Shown here: piece after piece, positions 9,900-19,658 of the stretch
Position numbering within the stretch: the stretch's first letter is position 1
How the letters are laid out: each line of letters begins with the position of its first letter
Program-made: the position numbers and the translations under genes
From: an uncultured Actinomycetes bacterium
Lineage (GTDB): Bacteria; Actinomycetota; Thermoleophilia; RBG-16-64-13
Direction of reading: 5' to 3'
DNA length: 64,000 bases
Assembly: GCA_963706025.1 (NCBI GenBank)
Contig: CAVPLM010000008.1
Location: 64,001-128,000 of the forward strand
Notes under the pieces: model-generated
Told to the model about the DNA's origin: nothing
Databases searched by the model: none
What the model saw: the letters and a program-made list of their open reading frames with translations, nothing else

Positions 9900-11459
9900 A
9901 TGGCGAACGAACCTGTCCCGTCCGTGGCGAGTGAGATCAGCGCCGAACGCAAGATGCTCAAGCGTTCGCTGACGTTGCTGCCGCTTTTCGGGATCATCTA
10001 CTTCACCGTCAGCGGGGGGACGTTCGGGATCGAGCCCCTCTTCAGCTACTCGGGGGCCGGCATGGCCCTCCTTCTCATCTGCATCATCCCCTTCATCTAC
10101 AGCCTCCCCTACATCCTGATGGTGCGGGAACTACAGTCCATGATGCCCGTAGAGGGCAGCTACTACTACTGGACCAAGGAGGCCTTTGGGCCGTTCCCCG
10201 GCTTTCTGATCGCCTGGATGGACTGGGTGCTGACGTTGGTCGACGTGGCCATCTACCCGGTGCTGGCGGTGACCTATCTGAGCTTCTGGGTCCCCCAACT
10301 GACTGAAGGCGGCTGGGGTATGCCAGGCTGGGTGGTGCAGTGGCTGGCGGCTATCGCCATCATCTTGATCATCTCGCTCCTGCAGATACGGGGAGTGCGT
10401 TTGGCCGGAATGACCAGCGTCTGGATCGGGGTCATCCTGTTGATACCGATCGCAATCATGACCGTGCTCGGCTTCTACAACTGGGGAGCGCACGGGAGCA
10501 CCTTCGACATGATCTTCCTGCCCCAGGACACGTCGGTGTGGGGTGCCTTCAGCATCGGCTTATTCGTGGTCATGTGGAACTACATGGGCTGGGAGTCGCC
10601 GACCACCGCTGGTGACGAGATCGTCAAGCCCAGACGCACCTATCCCTTGGCCATGGCCCTGGTGCTCATCGCGGTAATCGCGACCTACGCCCTTCCGACG
10701 GTCGCCGCCCTCTACGGAGGCGCCGGTGAGGACAACAAGGTGCTGCTCTGGGGTCTCGAAGAAGAGGATGGCATCGGACAGGTGCTGCTCGAGGGGGGAA
10801 TGACGCAGGAACAGATGGACGCGGCGGGGGTCGACCCCACCGCCACGGAAGGTTGGTGGCTGCCGGACATCGCTCAGGCGGTAGGTGACGAGACGGCCGG
10901 CGAGGGAAGTTGGTTCGGGTCGTTCTTAGGCAACTTCATGATGGCGGCAGCCTTCCTCAGTATGGTCGGTCTGCTCATCGGTTGTAGCATCTCGGGTACG
11001 CGAATGCCGTTCGCTGTGGCGCAGGACGGGATGGCGCCCCTGTGGCTGGTCCGCGTTCACCACAAGTGGGGGACGCCGTGGGTCGCCATTGCGGTGACCG
11101 GCTTCTTCTTTGCCATCTTCTCGGTCAATGCCTTCGCGGCGTTGGTCGTCCTCGACGTGCTGCTCAACTCGTTCACGGTGCTCCTTGACTTCGCGGCCCT
11201 CTGGTGGCTGCGCCGAAAGAGACCCGACATCCCGCGGAGCAAGATACCGGGGGGTCTGGTCGGGCTGATCATCGCGACCATCCTGCCCGCGGCGGTCATC
11301 GTTTTCGCCATCGTGAGCCAGGTGAAGGAAGAGGGGTGGCGGGCCATCTGGCTGGCCGCGATCGCCATTGCGATCGCGCCTATCCTTTACTTTCCGTTCC
11401 GCAAGTATCTCAAGAAGGATCGTGGCGTTCCCGACGTGAATCCTTATGTCGAGGCGTGA
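9900..11459 (+). CDS. APC family amino acid/polyamine permease
   Basis: Many TM helices; VSGGTFGIE, VVMWNYMGWE, GTPWVAI. Confidence 0.9.
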   Translation: MANEPVPSVASEISAERKMLKRSLTLLPLFGIIYFTVSGGTFGIEPLFSYSGAGMALLLICIIPFIYSLPYILMVRELQSMMPVEGSYYYWTKEAFGPFPGFLIAWMDWVLTLVDVAIYPVLAVTYLSFWVPQLTEGGWGMPGWVVQWLAAIAIILIISLLQIRGVRLAGMTSVWIGVILLIPIAIMTVLGFYNWGAHGSTFDMIFLPQDTSVWGAFSIGLFVVMWNYMGWESPTTAGDEIVKPRRTYPLAMALVLIAVIATYALPTVAALYGGAGEDNKVLLWGLEEEDGIGQVLLEGGMTQEQMDAAGVDPTATEGWWLPDIAQAVGDETAGEGSWFGSFLGNFMMAAAFLSMVGLLIGCSISGTRMPFAVAQDGMAPLWLVRVHHKWGTPWVAIAVTGFFFAIFSVNAFAALVVLDVLLNSFTVLLDFAALWWLRRKRPDIPRSKIPGGLVGLIIATILPAAVIVFAIVSQVKEEGWRAIWLAAIAIAIAPILYFPFRKYLKKDRGVPDVNPYVEA

Positions 11460-11542
11460 CATGAAGGCGCTCTTGGTAGGCCAGGAACTGCGACGTATGA
11501 CCGCGGGGCTAGATGAAATACGCGGCCACGTGGTTGCTCTAC

Positions 11543-11590
11543 GCCTTCATGGCCTTCACCGGGCTGGTACCCTCGGAACACTCGAGCGGG
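11543..11590 (+). mobile_element. IS110-family transposase remnant
   Basis: AFMAFTGLVPSEHSSG resembles the conserved IS110 GLxPxxxSSG motif; only about 16 codons remain. Confidence 0.55.
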
Positions 11591-11623
11591 TTGTCTCCCC
11601 ACCACGCTACGATGGGGGAGAGC

Positions 11624-11659
<36 letters not shown>

Positions 11660-11704
11660 TATGGTCTTCCGCAAGAAACCACGAAGTGGCTCCCACCAAG
11701 GTAT

Positions 11705-11848
11705 GGGGGGATTCCGAACCCGCGAGGGCGCGAGCGTCAGCGAGACAGTCCCTTTGGACTGTCGAACAGCGAGCGGTCTGAGCCGAGCCGGACGGCGAGG
11801 CAAGGACGGCAGCTTGCGCGGCAAGATGCGCGAATCCCCCCTCTCCGC
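11705..11848. repeat. Structured tRNA-linked repeat unit bounded by an inverted T-arm and a direct tRNA 3' end
   Basis: GGGGGGATTCCGAACCC at 11705; hairpin GACAGTCC-CTTT-GGACTGTC at 11744-11763; CGAATCCCCCCTCTCCGC at 11831-11848. Confidence 0.65.
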
Positions 11849-11946
11849 TCGTTCGGAGGACAAACTTGATCTGAAGCCCGGTCAATGGGGCCGGGTTTCG
11901 AGCGCTGCTCGCGCAACGACTGCTATGATTCGCGAAGCGATCGAGA

Positions 11947-12750
11947 TCAGGTCCCCAGGAGGACCACCGCGTCGACGAACAACTCGTACTCGTCGTCCTC
12001 GTCCAGATCGCGGATGAGCACCTTTTCGACCTCGCCCTCGCCACGCACGGCAAGCAGGCGGGAGCGGAGGAGCACCTTGACGTCCGAGCGCTTGACGCCG
12101 GTCGCCACTTCCTCGGGGAGGCCGAGTGTCTCGAGCTCGGTGACGAAGATGACTCGGGGGGTGACGCCCGTGAGCGCGAGGGCAAGCCGGGCCGAAGGGA
12201 TTCCCTTGTCGACCACGAGCACGCGTTTGTCGGCGAGCACCGAGACATCGTCGAGGGAGACGTAGACGCCCTTGCCGGCATACTCTGCGACTCCCTGGAC
12301 CACCGTCGCCTCGCGGGCGCCGCAGCCCGCTCCCGCGGCGGCGATCTCTTCCGCGCCGAGGGGAGTGAGGCGCTTACCCGAGCGCCAGTTCTTGATGGCG
12401 TCGTGCAGCGCGTCGGCCGCAAGGTTCGAACAATGCATCTTGACCGGCGGCAGGCCGTCGAGGGCGTCCGCCACGTCGGCCCGGGTGACCTCCACAGCCT
12501 CGTCGAGGGTCTTTCCCATGACAAGCTCGGTGATCATGCTGGACGTGGCGACGGCCGAGCCGCAACCGAATGTCTGGAACTTGATGTCGTCGATACGGTC
12601 GTCCTTGACGCGAACGTACATCTCCATGAGGTCGCCACAGACAGGGTTACCGACGCGACCCACGGCCACGTCGTCGCCTTCGAGAATGCCTACGTTGCGG
12701 GGGTTGCGAAAGTGGTCGAGCGTCTTTTCGGAGTATTGAGTGGATTTCAT
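11947..12750 (-). CDS. iscU: IscU/NifU scaffold fused to a degenerate thioredoxin-reductase NADPH-binding domain
   Basis: HFRNPRNVG, GNPVCGD, TFGCGSAVA, LPPVKMHCSNLA; C-terminal GKGV...KRVLVV...RGEGEVEKVLIRD...ELFVDAV. Confidence 0.85.
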   Translation of the reverse strand: MKSTQYSEKTLDHFRNPRNVGILEGDDVAVGRVGNPVCGDLMEMYVRVKDDRIDDIKFQTFGCGSAVATSSMITELVMGKTLDEAVEVTRADVADALDGLPPVKMHCSNLAADALHDAIKNWRSGKRLTPLGAEEIAAAGAGCGAREATVVQGVAEYAGKGVYVSLDDVSVLADKRVLVVDKGIPSARLALALTGVTPRVIFVTELETLGLPEEVATGVKRSDVKVLLRSRLLAVRGEGEVEKVLIRDLDEDDEYELFVDAVVLLGT

Positions 12751-12759
12751 AGAAACTCC

Positions 12760-13938
12760 TCAGGCTTTGTCGTAGAGCGGTGACATGTCCCGCAGGCGTT
12801 TGACGATCCCGGGCAGGACGCTCATCACGCGGTCGATGTCCGACTCGCGGCTGTACCGGCCGAACGTGAATTCGAGCGACCCGTGAGCCTCTTCGTGGAG
12901 CAGCCCGCAGGAGATGAGGGTGCGTGAGGGCTCCAGGGTCTTGGAGGAACAAGCCGAGCCGGTGGACACCGCTATCCCTTGATCCCTCATGGACAACAAC
13001 AGCGATTCGCCTTCGACCCCGTCGAAGCGGAAGTGGGCGTTGTTGGGCAGGCGGTCGACCGGATGGCCGTTGAGGTGCGAGTCGGGGATGGTGGAGAGCA
13101 CCTCGCTGATGAGCCGGTCGCGCATCGCGGCGAGCCTCGGCGCCTCGGTGGCGAGTTCGGCTGCGGCGATCCGAGCGGCGGCAGCCATACCCACGATGCC
13201 CGGGAGATTCTCTGTGCCCGACCGCAGCCCACGCTCTTGTCCACCGCCCATGGTGATCGGCGCCAGCCGTACCCCCGAGCGCACGTACAGCGCTCCGAGC
13301 CCGGGAGGACCGTAGATGTCGTTGCTCGAGATCGTCAACAGGTCGACGGGCACGGTGGCCATGTCGATGGGCACCTGGCCTTCGGCAGCCACGGCGTCCA
13401 CGTGCAGCGCCACGCCGGTGCCCTTGAGCATCTCGGCGATGGCGGGGATGGGTTGCAGGGTCCCGATCTCATTGCTGGCCCAGCATACGGAGACAAGGAT
13501 CGTGTCGTCGGTGATCCGGGTGCGGAGCTTGTCGGGATTGATCCGGCCGAACTGGTCCGGAGGCACCTTGGTGACCCGGAAGCCTTCCTTCTCCAGGTAC
13601 TTGCCGATGTTGTGCAGGGAGATGTGCTCGACCTCGGAGATCACCAGGTGGTCGCCGGATCGCTTGTTTCGGCTCGCATAGCCGATCAGCGCCAGGTTGT
13701 TCGACTCGGTGGCGCCTGACGTGAAGACGATCTCTTCGGGCGACGCGCCGAGGAAGCCGGCGACGGCGGCCCGGCTCTGCTCGAACGTCTCCGTCGCCCG
13801 GTCACCCGGGGCGTGCAAGGAGGCTGGGTTGCCGAAGCGCTCCGTGAAGTAGGGCAGCATGGCCTCGACAACCCGGGGGTCCACCGGTCGGGCCGACTGA
13901 TAGTCTAGGTACACCTCATCTTCCGGCGGGAGCGCCAT
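12760..13938 (-). CDS. iscS: Cysteine desulfurase (IscS/NifS type)
   Basis: YLDYQSA, FTSGATESNN, GGGQERGLRSGTEN, STGSACSS catalytic Cys; SSNDIYGP stands in place of the usual SxHK. Confidence 0.9.
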   Translation of the reverse strand: MALPPEDEVYLDYQSARPVDPRVVEAMLPYFTERFGNPASLHAPGDRATETFEQSRAAVAGFLGASPEEIVFTSGATESNNLALIGYASRNKRSGDHLVISEVEHISLHNIGKYLEKEGFRVTKVPPDQFGRINPDKLRTRITDDTILVSVCWASNEIGTLQPIPAIAEMLKGTGVALHVDAVAAEGQVPIDMATVPVDLLTISSNDIYGPPGLGALYVRSGVRLAPITMGGGQERGLRSGTENLPGIVGMAAAARIAAAELATEAPRLAAMRDRLISEVLSTIPDSHLNGHPVDRLPNNAHFRFDGVEGESLLLSMRDQGIAVSTGSACSSKTLEPSRTLISCGLLHEEAHGSLEFTFGRYSRESDIDRVMSVLPGIVKRLRDMSPLYDKA

Positions 13939-13950
13939 CGGAGAGTCTGC

Positions 13951-14313
13951 CTAGAACCACATGGTGGCGCCGGCATCGAGAGCGAGATCATTCAGGGTCG
14001 CCGCGCCCACAATCTTCACCCCCTCGATGAGCTCGACCGCATCCCATCCGAGCATCTGCTTGGACGCTTCGCACACCAGAATGGGGATGCCCATTTCCAT
14101 GGTCTTGTCGAGCATCTCACGCACGCTCGGGAACGTACCGAGCTTGATCTTCTCGGCCTCTCCGGGTCGCAAGATGAGCAGGCCCATGCCGAGGTAGTAG
14201 ACCGTGGGCTTCAGATCCATCGCCTTCGCCGACTGGGCGAGTACGAGCGGAGAGTACTGTCGTGGAGGAGCGTCGCTGGTTTGCACATACAGGATGGCAT
14301 TCTCGTCTTTCAT
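13951..14313 (-). CDS. DsrE/DsrF-like family protein
   Basis: ILVCEASKQMLG...IVGAATLNDLAL. Confidence 0.8.
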   Translation of the reverse strand: MKDENAILYVQTSDAPPRQYSPLVLAQSAKAMDLKPTVYYLGMGLLILRPGEAEKIKLGTFPSVREMLDKTMEMGIPILVCEASKQMLGWDAVELIEGVKIVGAATLNDLALDAGATMWF

Positions 14314-14325
14314 GGTGCTCGCCTC

Positions 14326-14568
14326 CTAGCGGCCTTTGCGTATCAAGAACCGTTTGTAGTCACCCCGATCCTCTATCAGAGCGACCTCGTGGCCCGCCCG
14401 CTTGGCGAACCTTGTAAGGTCTTCTTCCGCAGCCGGGTCGTCCGCAAGTATTTCGAGGATGTCGCCGACACGCAGACCGTCCATAGCCTCGCGCGTCTGA
14501 AACAGAGGCTCGGGGCAGAACAGGCCGATGCAATCGAGGGACTTCTCGGCTGGCTCTTCGTCGTGCAT
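14326..14568 (-). CDS. tusA: TusA family sulfurtransferase
   Basis: LDCIGLFCPEP...LADDPAAEED. Confidence 0.9.
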   Translation of the reverse strand: MHDEEPAEKSLDCIGLFCPEPLFQTREAMDGLRVGDILEILADDPAAEEDLTRFAKRAGHEVALIEDRGDYKRFLIRKGR

Positions 14569-14687
14569 GTGAACTCTCCCGGGGGAATCTGACCTTACTT
14601 TGCCCTGATGTTCCCCATTGTCGAGATATCTAAGCGCGGCGAGCCCAGCCGCAAGAAAAGGCGTCTTGAAGGCGCCCGCGGCTCTTG

Positions 14688-15227
14688 CTACTCGCTAGGC
14701 TTCCGGCAGACAATCTGGGCCATGGCTCTTCGAGGGTCTTCTAACAGGCCTTCAAAATAGTGGATGATGTGCCAGTCCTGAAACCAGTCAGCCAGCTCTC
14801 CGGGTTGCAGCAGATAGTCCGGATTATGAGGGTGGCCGTACTTGGGCTGTTCGCTGGTGAAGGTCTCATAGATGAGGATTCCCCCTTGGCGGATTCCTTT
14901 TCGGATACGGGGGATAAGCGGCCGATGGAGGTAGTGGAAGACCAGAATCGCCCGGTAGTAGTCCTCTTGAAGAGGATCCCTGCCGGTCTCCAGATCAACC
15001 TCCCAGAATTGCACCTTGAGTCCCCGGTCTTCTGCCGACCTTCGGGCCACTGCCAGCGCCTCTGGGGATCCATCTGCAAGAATGACCGGCAGGTTCCCGG
15101 CCAGGAATAGCCCATTTTCCCCCCTGCCACAAGCCAGATCCAGGACGGGACCTTCCAGGTTCTTGTCCTCCAGGAGAGAGCTGAATTCCGTTAGCAAAGG
15201 ATTCGGGGCCACCTGCGTACCTACCAA
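14688..15227 (-). CDS. Class I SAM-dependent methyltransferase (TehB-like)
   Basis: VLDLACGRGENG, YLHRPL, GGILIYETF, NPDYLLQPGEL; start uncertain. Confidence 0.8.
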   Translation of the reverse strand: MVGTQVAPNPLLTEFSSLLEDKNLEGPVLDLACGRGENGLFLAGNLPVILADGSPEALAVARRSAEDRGLKVQFWEVDLETGRDPLQEDYYRAILVFHYLHRPLIPRIRKGIRQGGILIYETFTSEQPKYGHPHNPDYLLQPGELADWFQDWHIIHYFEGLLEDPRRAMAQIVCRKPSE

Positions 15228-15315
15228 GCTCGACCGTCAAGGCCCGTGTCTGCCTTGAGAACGGATTGTGGCTTTCGATAATATGACAGATTCCCACGTC
15301 TGGGGAGGGCTGGAC

Positions 15316-15346
15316 CGATACCGGAGGTTCGAATCCCCCACCGCCT
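15316..15346 (+). repeat. Degenerate tRNA-Ser 3' fragment
   Basis: CGATACCGGAGGTTCGAATCCCCC vs consensus CGGTACCGGGGGTTCGAATCCCCC. Confidence 0.7.
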
Positions 15347-15480
15347 GGCCCAGCCCGCCATTTCAGCCACAACCCCGCGGCTCCCGCTACTTCCTCGCGC
15401 GGCACCAAACTGATCGCCCCCAGCGGCGCTCTAGGCAGTGTTCACCGCCACTATCACAAAAGGCGTGCCAACTCGGTAGT

Positions 15481-15591
15481 GTGATACAGCTCGAGCTTGG
15501 CTATCCGGGGCCGGACTTCTTCTCCGGAGCGGACCCTAGGGCCGACCCGGCGATACTCGAATCACTGAAGCAGCCGGGCAAGCTGCGCTGA
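15481..15591 (+). pseudogene. C-terminal remnant of a hypothetical gene
   Basis: IQLELGYPGPDFFSGADPRADPAILESLKQPGKLR* reads as a protein end with no N-terminus. Confidence 0.4.
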
Positions 15592-15731
15592 AACGCGGGA
15601 GCAAGCATCATGCAGAGTGCGGCCGTTGTTGTTGAAAGGGGCCTCACGGCCCGGCAAACGCGTGTAAATACGGTCGTCCCCGGCGAGACTCCCCTCGAAG
15701 TCCGGGCGTGGAATAAGCGTTCGGCCGGACG

Positions 15732-17909
15732 TCAGCCTTCGTGGTCGCTTTGGAGGCTCTCCCCGCTGCCGGCGATCGTGATCCGTCGGCTCCGAGCAGC
15801 GAGTTTCGAGGGCCACCAGACCCTGTCGCCGACGTCGTACACCAGTGCGGGGACGAAAAGGGCGCGCACGACAAGCGCATCGAGCAGCACCCCGAAGGCG
15901 ACTATGAAAGCAAGTTGCACCAGGAACATTATCGGAATCACCGCCAGGGCCGCAAAAGTCGCGGCCAGTACGACTCCTGCCGAGGTGATCACACCACCGG
16001 TGGCGATCAGTCCGCGCAATACGCCCTCCCTGGTTCCGTGCACCAGCGACTCCTCGCGGACGCGTGTCATCAGGAATATGTTGTAGTCGATGCCGAGGGC
16101 GACCAAGAACACGAACGCATACAGTGGGACCGACGGGTCGGAGCCGGGGAATCCGAGCACGTTGTTGAAGACCACACTGGAGACGCCCAGGGCCGTGCCG
16201 AAACTCAGCACCGTCGTAAGCGTGAGCAGGAGCGGAGCCACGACGCTGCGGAGTAGCACCATCAGGATCAGCGTGATGACCACGAGCACCACCGGGATTA
16301 TGAGGTTGCGGTCGCGGGCGCCGGTCAGGTTCGTGTCGAGTGCCGTGGCCGTCGTACCGCCGACCATGATCGACGGGTCGACCGAGCGGAGCTCGGTGCG
16401 CAACTCCTTGACCGCCTGCTCGGCCTCCAGCGAGTCCGCCTTGTCCTCGAGGGTGAGTTGCAGCATCACGTCGCCATCGGCGACGGTGGGTGTCGCCTGC
16501 GCCAGTGGTCCGCCCTTCGGGAAGGGAACCGGGATCATACCGCTCGGTGAGTCCGCCGAGACTACGGAAGCGCTGCTCACTCCAGCAACGGCGAGAGCGA
16601 CCGCGGCAGCCTCGCCGAGCTTCTCCTCCGGAACGATCACCTGCGCGGGCTGACCCGAGCCACCGGGGAAGTGGGCGGCAAGAACGTTCTGCCCGTCACG
16701 CGCTTGCGACGGTCCCAACACCAGGTCGCTGGCCGACACCCCACCGGCCTGCAGACCGAGGAGCCCCAAGCAACCGAGCACCAGCACGATCCCAACGACG
16801 ATCCACATAGGCCGCGCTCGAGTCCGGACCGCCCCGGCTATCCTGACCCAACTGCTCTTCGGGTTCTGCTCGCCGTGCACGCTGCCGTACTCGACGTGGC
16901 GAGGCCAGAAGGCGGCCCGCCCGGCCAGGAGCAGCATGGCCGGAACGAACGTGAGAGCGGCCAGTACCGCGAACACGATGCCGACGGCGGCGACCGGACC
17001 CAGCGCCTTGTTGGAAGCCAGGTCGGAAAGGAGCAGGCACAAGAGCCCGGCGATGACAGTGCTGCCGGAGGCGACGATCGGTTCGACCGATCCCTTCCAC
17101 GCAGCCTTGGTGGCGTCCCAGACCGACCGGTGGTCGCGCAGGGCCTCGCGGAAGCGCGACACGTACAGAAGCGAGTAGTCGGTCGCCGCTCCGATGACGA
17201 GGATGAAGAGGATACCCTGCACCTGGGCGTTGATCTTTAGGAGATCGGCCTTCGCCAGATAGAAGCTCAGCGCGATCGCTGCGCACAGCGCGCTCATCGA
17301 CGCCAGAAGTACCATGATCGGCAGCAGCGGCGAGCGGTAGACGACCACCAAGATGATGAAGACGGCCGTCACCGCCACTACGAGCAACAGCCAGTCCACG
17401 CCGGCGAACCCGTTGCCCAAGTCCGCGCTCAGTCCCGCCGCGCCGGTGACGTACACAGCGAGGCCTTCCGGGGCCCCCTCGAGGCTCTTGCGAAGCTCCG
17501 CGACCGCCGCCCTGACGTCGGCCCCCGTGGACAGGGGCACGAAGATCTGCGCAGCCTCGCCGTCTGCGGACGGGATGGACGGAGACACTCCTCCCGAGAT
17601 GGCGGAGACCTGCTCGGGCAGGCGTGCAGACCGCGCCTGGAGCCAGGTCTTGTCCTCCAGACTCATCCCGCCGGCGCGCTCGGCCACCACCACGGCGGGG
17701 ATCGTAGAGTCCCCGAAGAAGTCGGTGAAGCGCTTCTGCACCTGAGTGGATTCGGCGCTGCTGGGAAGATAGGACGCCTGGTCGTTGACCGAGACCTCAC
17801 TGATGCGGCCGAAATAGGGGCCGCCGATACCGGCCACGGCTATCCACGCGATGGTCAGCGCAAGTCCGATCACAGGTCGAACCCAGCGTCGTGAAGGTTG
17901 TGCCGTCAC
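15732..17909 (-). CDS. MMPL family (RND) transporter
   Basis: IGAATDYSLLYVSRFREAL and FLVALGIDYNIFLMTRVREE motifs. Confidence 0.92.
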   Translation of the reverse strand: MTAQPSRRWVRPVIGLALTIAWIAVAGIGGPYFGRISEVSVNDQASYLPSSAESTQVQKRFTDFFGDSTIPAVVVAERAGGMSLEDKTWLQARSARLPEQVSAISGGVSPSIPSADGEAAQIFVPLSTGADVRAAVAELRKSLEGAPEGLAVYVTGAAGLSADLGNGFAGVDWLLLVVAVTAVFIILVVVYRSPLLPIMVLLASMSALCAAIALSFYLAKADLLKINAQVQGILFILVIGAATDYSLLYVSRFREALRDHRSVWDATKAAWKGSVEPIVASGSTVIAGLLCLLLSDLASNKALGPVAAVGIVFAVLAALTFVPAMLLLAGRAAFWPRHVEYGSVHGEQNPKSSWVRIAGAVRTRARPMWIVVGIVLVLGCLGLLGLQAGGVSASDLVLGPSQARDGQNVLAAHFPGGSGQPAQVIVPEEKLGEAAAVALAVAGVSSASVVSADSPSGMIPVPFPKGGPLAQATPTVADGDVMLQLTLEDKADSLEAEQAVKELRTELRSVDPSIMVGGTTATALDTNLTGARDRNLIIPVVLVVITLILMVLLRSVVAPLLLTLTTVLSFGTALGVSSVVFNNVLGFPGSDPSVPLYAFVFLVALGIDYNIFLMTRVREESLVHGTREGVLRGLIATGGVITSAGVVLAATFAALAVIPIMFLVQLAFIVAFGVLLDALVVRALFVPALVYDVGDRVWWPSKLAARSRRITIAGSGESLQSDHEG

Positions 17910-18071
17910 CCTCTCCCCTACCGGTGGTTGCTCATGAATCCCGGGCCGCCTACGGAACCGTGGCGCCTCGAGCCTATGATGATATAGCTTCGGACACCTC
18001 GAGACCGGAAATCTGGTCGAGAGAGGAAGCTTGCCGTATTCGAGATCAACTCCCGCACCGCCGGATCAGAA

Positions 18072-19364
18072 TCACTCGTCTGGGGCCACGCGCGCGATCG
18101 GATGGTCGGATGCCGCCGATCCCGGCACCGGGTCTGCATCCAGCAACCTCCACGCGCGCAAGGGCAGCGCCGCCACGACCACGGCAAGCAGGCCGATGGC
18201 CAGGCCGATGAAGGCGGGACGCGTGCCGACCCCCTCGACCAAGAAGCCCACCGCCACGAAACCCGCCGGCCCCGCGGCCATCGCTGCCGAGTTGGTGGTC
18301 CCCACCACCCGCCCGCGCAGACGATGTGGCGTCCGGAGCTGCATCGCGTGGTTGAATAGCGGACCCACCGGTCCCCAAAAGATCCCGGACAGAGCCCCGG
18401 CAGCCAGCAGCTGGCCAAACCCAGGCAGGAAGGCCATCCAGACCAGGGAAAGAGTCGCTCCGATCATGCAGATGGACCACAGGCGCCGTCTCGACGTCCA
18501 ACGGACGAGTCGCTCGTAGGCGAGCGTACCCACCACGATACCCCCGCTCATCACCATCAGCACTGTGCCCAAGCGTTCCGGAGCTCCCAAGCTTGTGAAG
18601 TGTACGGGGAGTATCACGCCCTCCACCGGATAGTAGAGCGCCACGATGAGGGCCACGAACACGGTGAGGGGAAGGAGCAGGGGGTCGCGAACGATGAAGC
18701 GAAGTCCCTCGGTGGTCCCACGCCACAATCCCGCCGGGCGGGTCTCGTGCGGCGGCCGCCCGCTTCCGGGCAGGGCCCGAAGCGGAACGATGCTAACCGC
18801 GGCGAGCAGGAAGGCCACACCCGTGCCGATCAGTGCGCTGCTTGCTCCCCACAGTGCTATCAGCAATCCCCCGACGCCCGGCCCCACCAGATAGGCGAGT
18901 CCGAACACCGTCTCGTGGATGCCGTTAGCCCTGTCGAGCGTCCATCGCGCCCTACCGGCTGCCTCGGGGAGCATGGCCTCACGGGCGGAGGACCCGGCCG
19001 GGTCGAAGAGGGCGCCCAGGACTGCGAGCACGACCAGGACGCCGACGGAGAGGCCACCCAACACATCGAAGAGCGGTATGAGCAGTACGGAAACCGCCGA
19101 GAGAAGATCGGACACGATCGCGGAGAGTCGTCGACCCACCAGGTCGACCACAGTGCCTGAGACCAGGGCTACCAGCACCAGAGGCACCGCGGTTGCAGCC
19201 GCGACCACGCCCGCCATGGCCGCGCTGCCGGTGCGCTCCAGCACCAACCAGGGCAGGGCGACGCTCGTGATCCCGTTCCCGACCCCGCTCAGGAAGGTGG
19301 CGGACTCGAGCAGGAGCACATCACCCCGGTGCCGAGCAACCCCTTCCGGTCGATCCCGCGTCAT
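18072..19364 (-). CDS. MFS efflux transporter (Tap/Rv1258c-like)
   Basis: GNGITSVALPWLVLERTGSA, GTVVDLVGRR, AREAMLPE. Confidence 0.88.
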   Translation of the reverse strand: MTRDRPEGVARHRGDVLLLESATFLSGVGNGITSVALPWLVLERTGSAAMAGVVAAATAVPLVLVALVSGTVVDLVGRRLSAIVSDLLSAVSVLLIPLFDVLGGLSVGVLVVLAVLGALFDPAGSSAREAMLPEAAGRARWTLDRANGIHETVFGLAYLVGPGVGGLLIALWGASSALIGTGVAFLLAAVSIVPLRALPGSGRPPHETRPAGLWRGTTEGLRFIVRDPLLLPLTVFVALIVALYYPVEGVILPVHFTSLGAPERLGTVLMVMSGGIVVGTLAYERLVRWTSRRRLWSICMIGATLSLVWMAFLPGFGQLLAAGALSGIFWGPVGPLFNHAMQLRTPHRLRGRVVGTTNSAAMAAGPAGFVAVGFLVEGVGTRPAFIGLAIGLLAVVVAALPLRAWRLLDADPVPGSAASDHPIARVAPDE

Positions 19365-19658
19365 CCGAGAGAGCGCCGCGGTTCTCGCCCAAGGCCCAGG
19401 GCCCCCACCTCCCGCCCGATTGTCCGAACGCTATCAGGACGGATGCACGGAAGCACCGGCGCCGGGCAAGGTCGGACGAGCCGAACTCGTTCAGGCCGAA
19501 GAGGTAGTCCACAAGGGCTTCGCGCAGGCGGGTGAGCAGTGGTGCTCGTCTCGACCGGCTTCATCGGCCGACTGTAACATACCCGGCGGCGCCGCGGCCT
19601 GCACGCCGGCCGCGGCGGCTGTCTTGCTTCGCCTGGGCTGAATCCCTATTGTTAGGCA

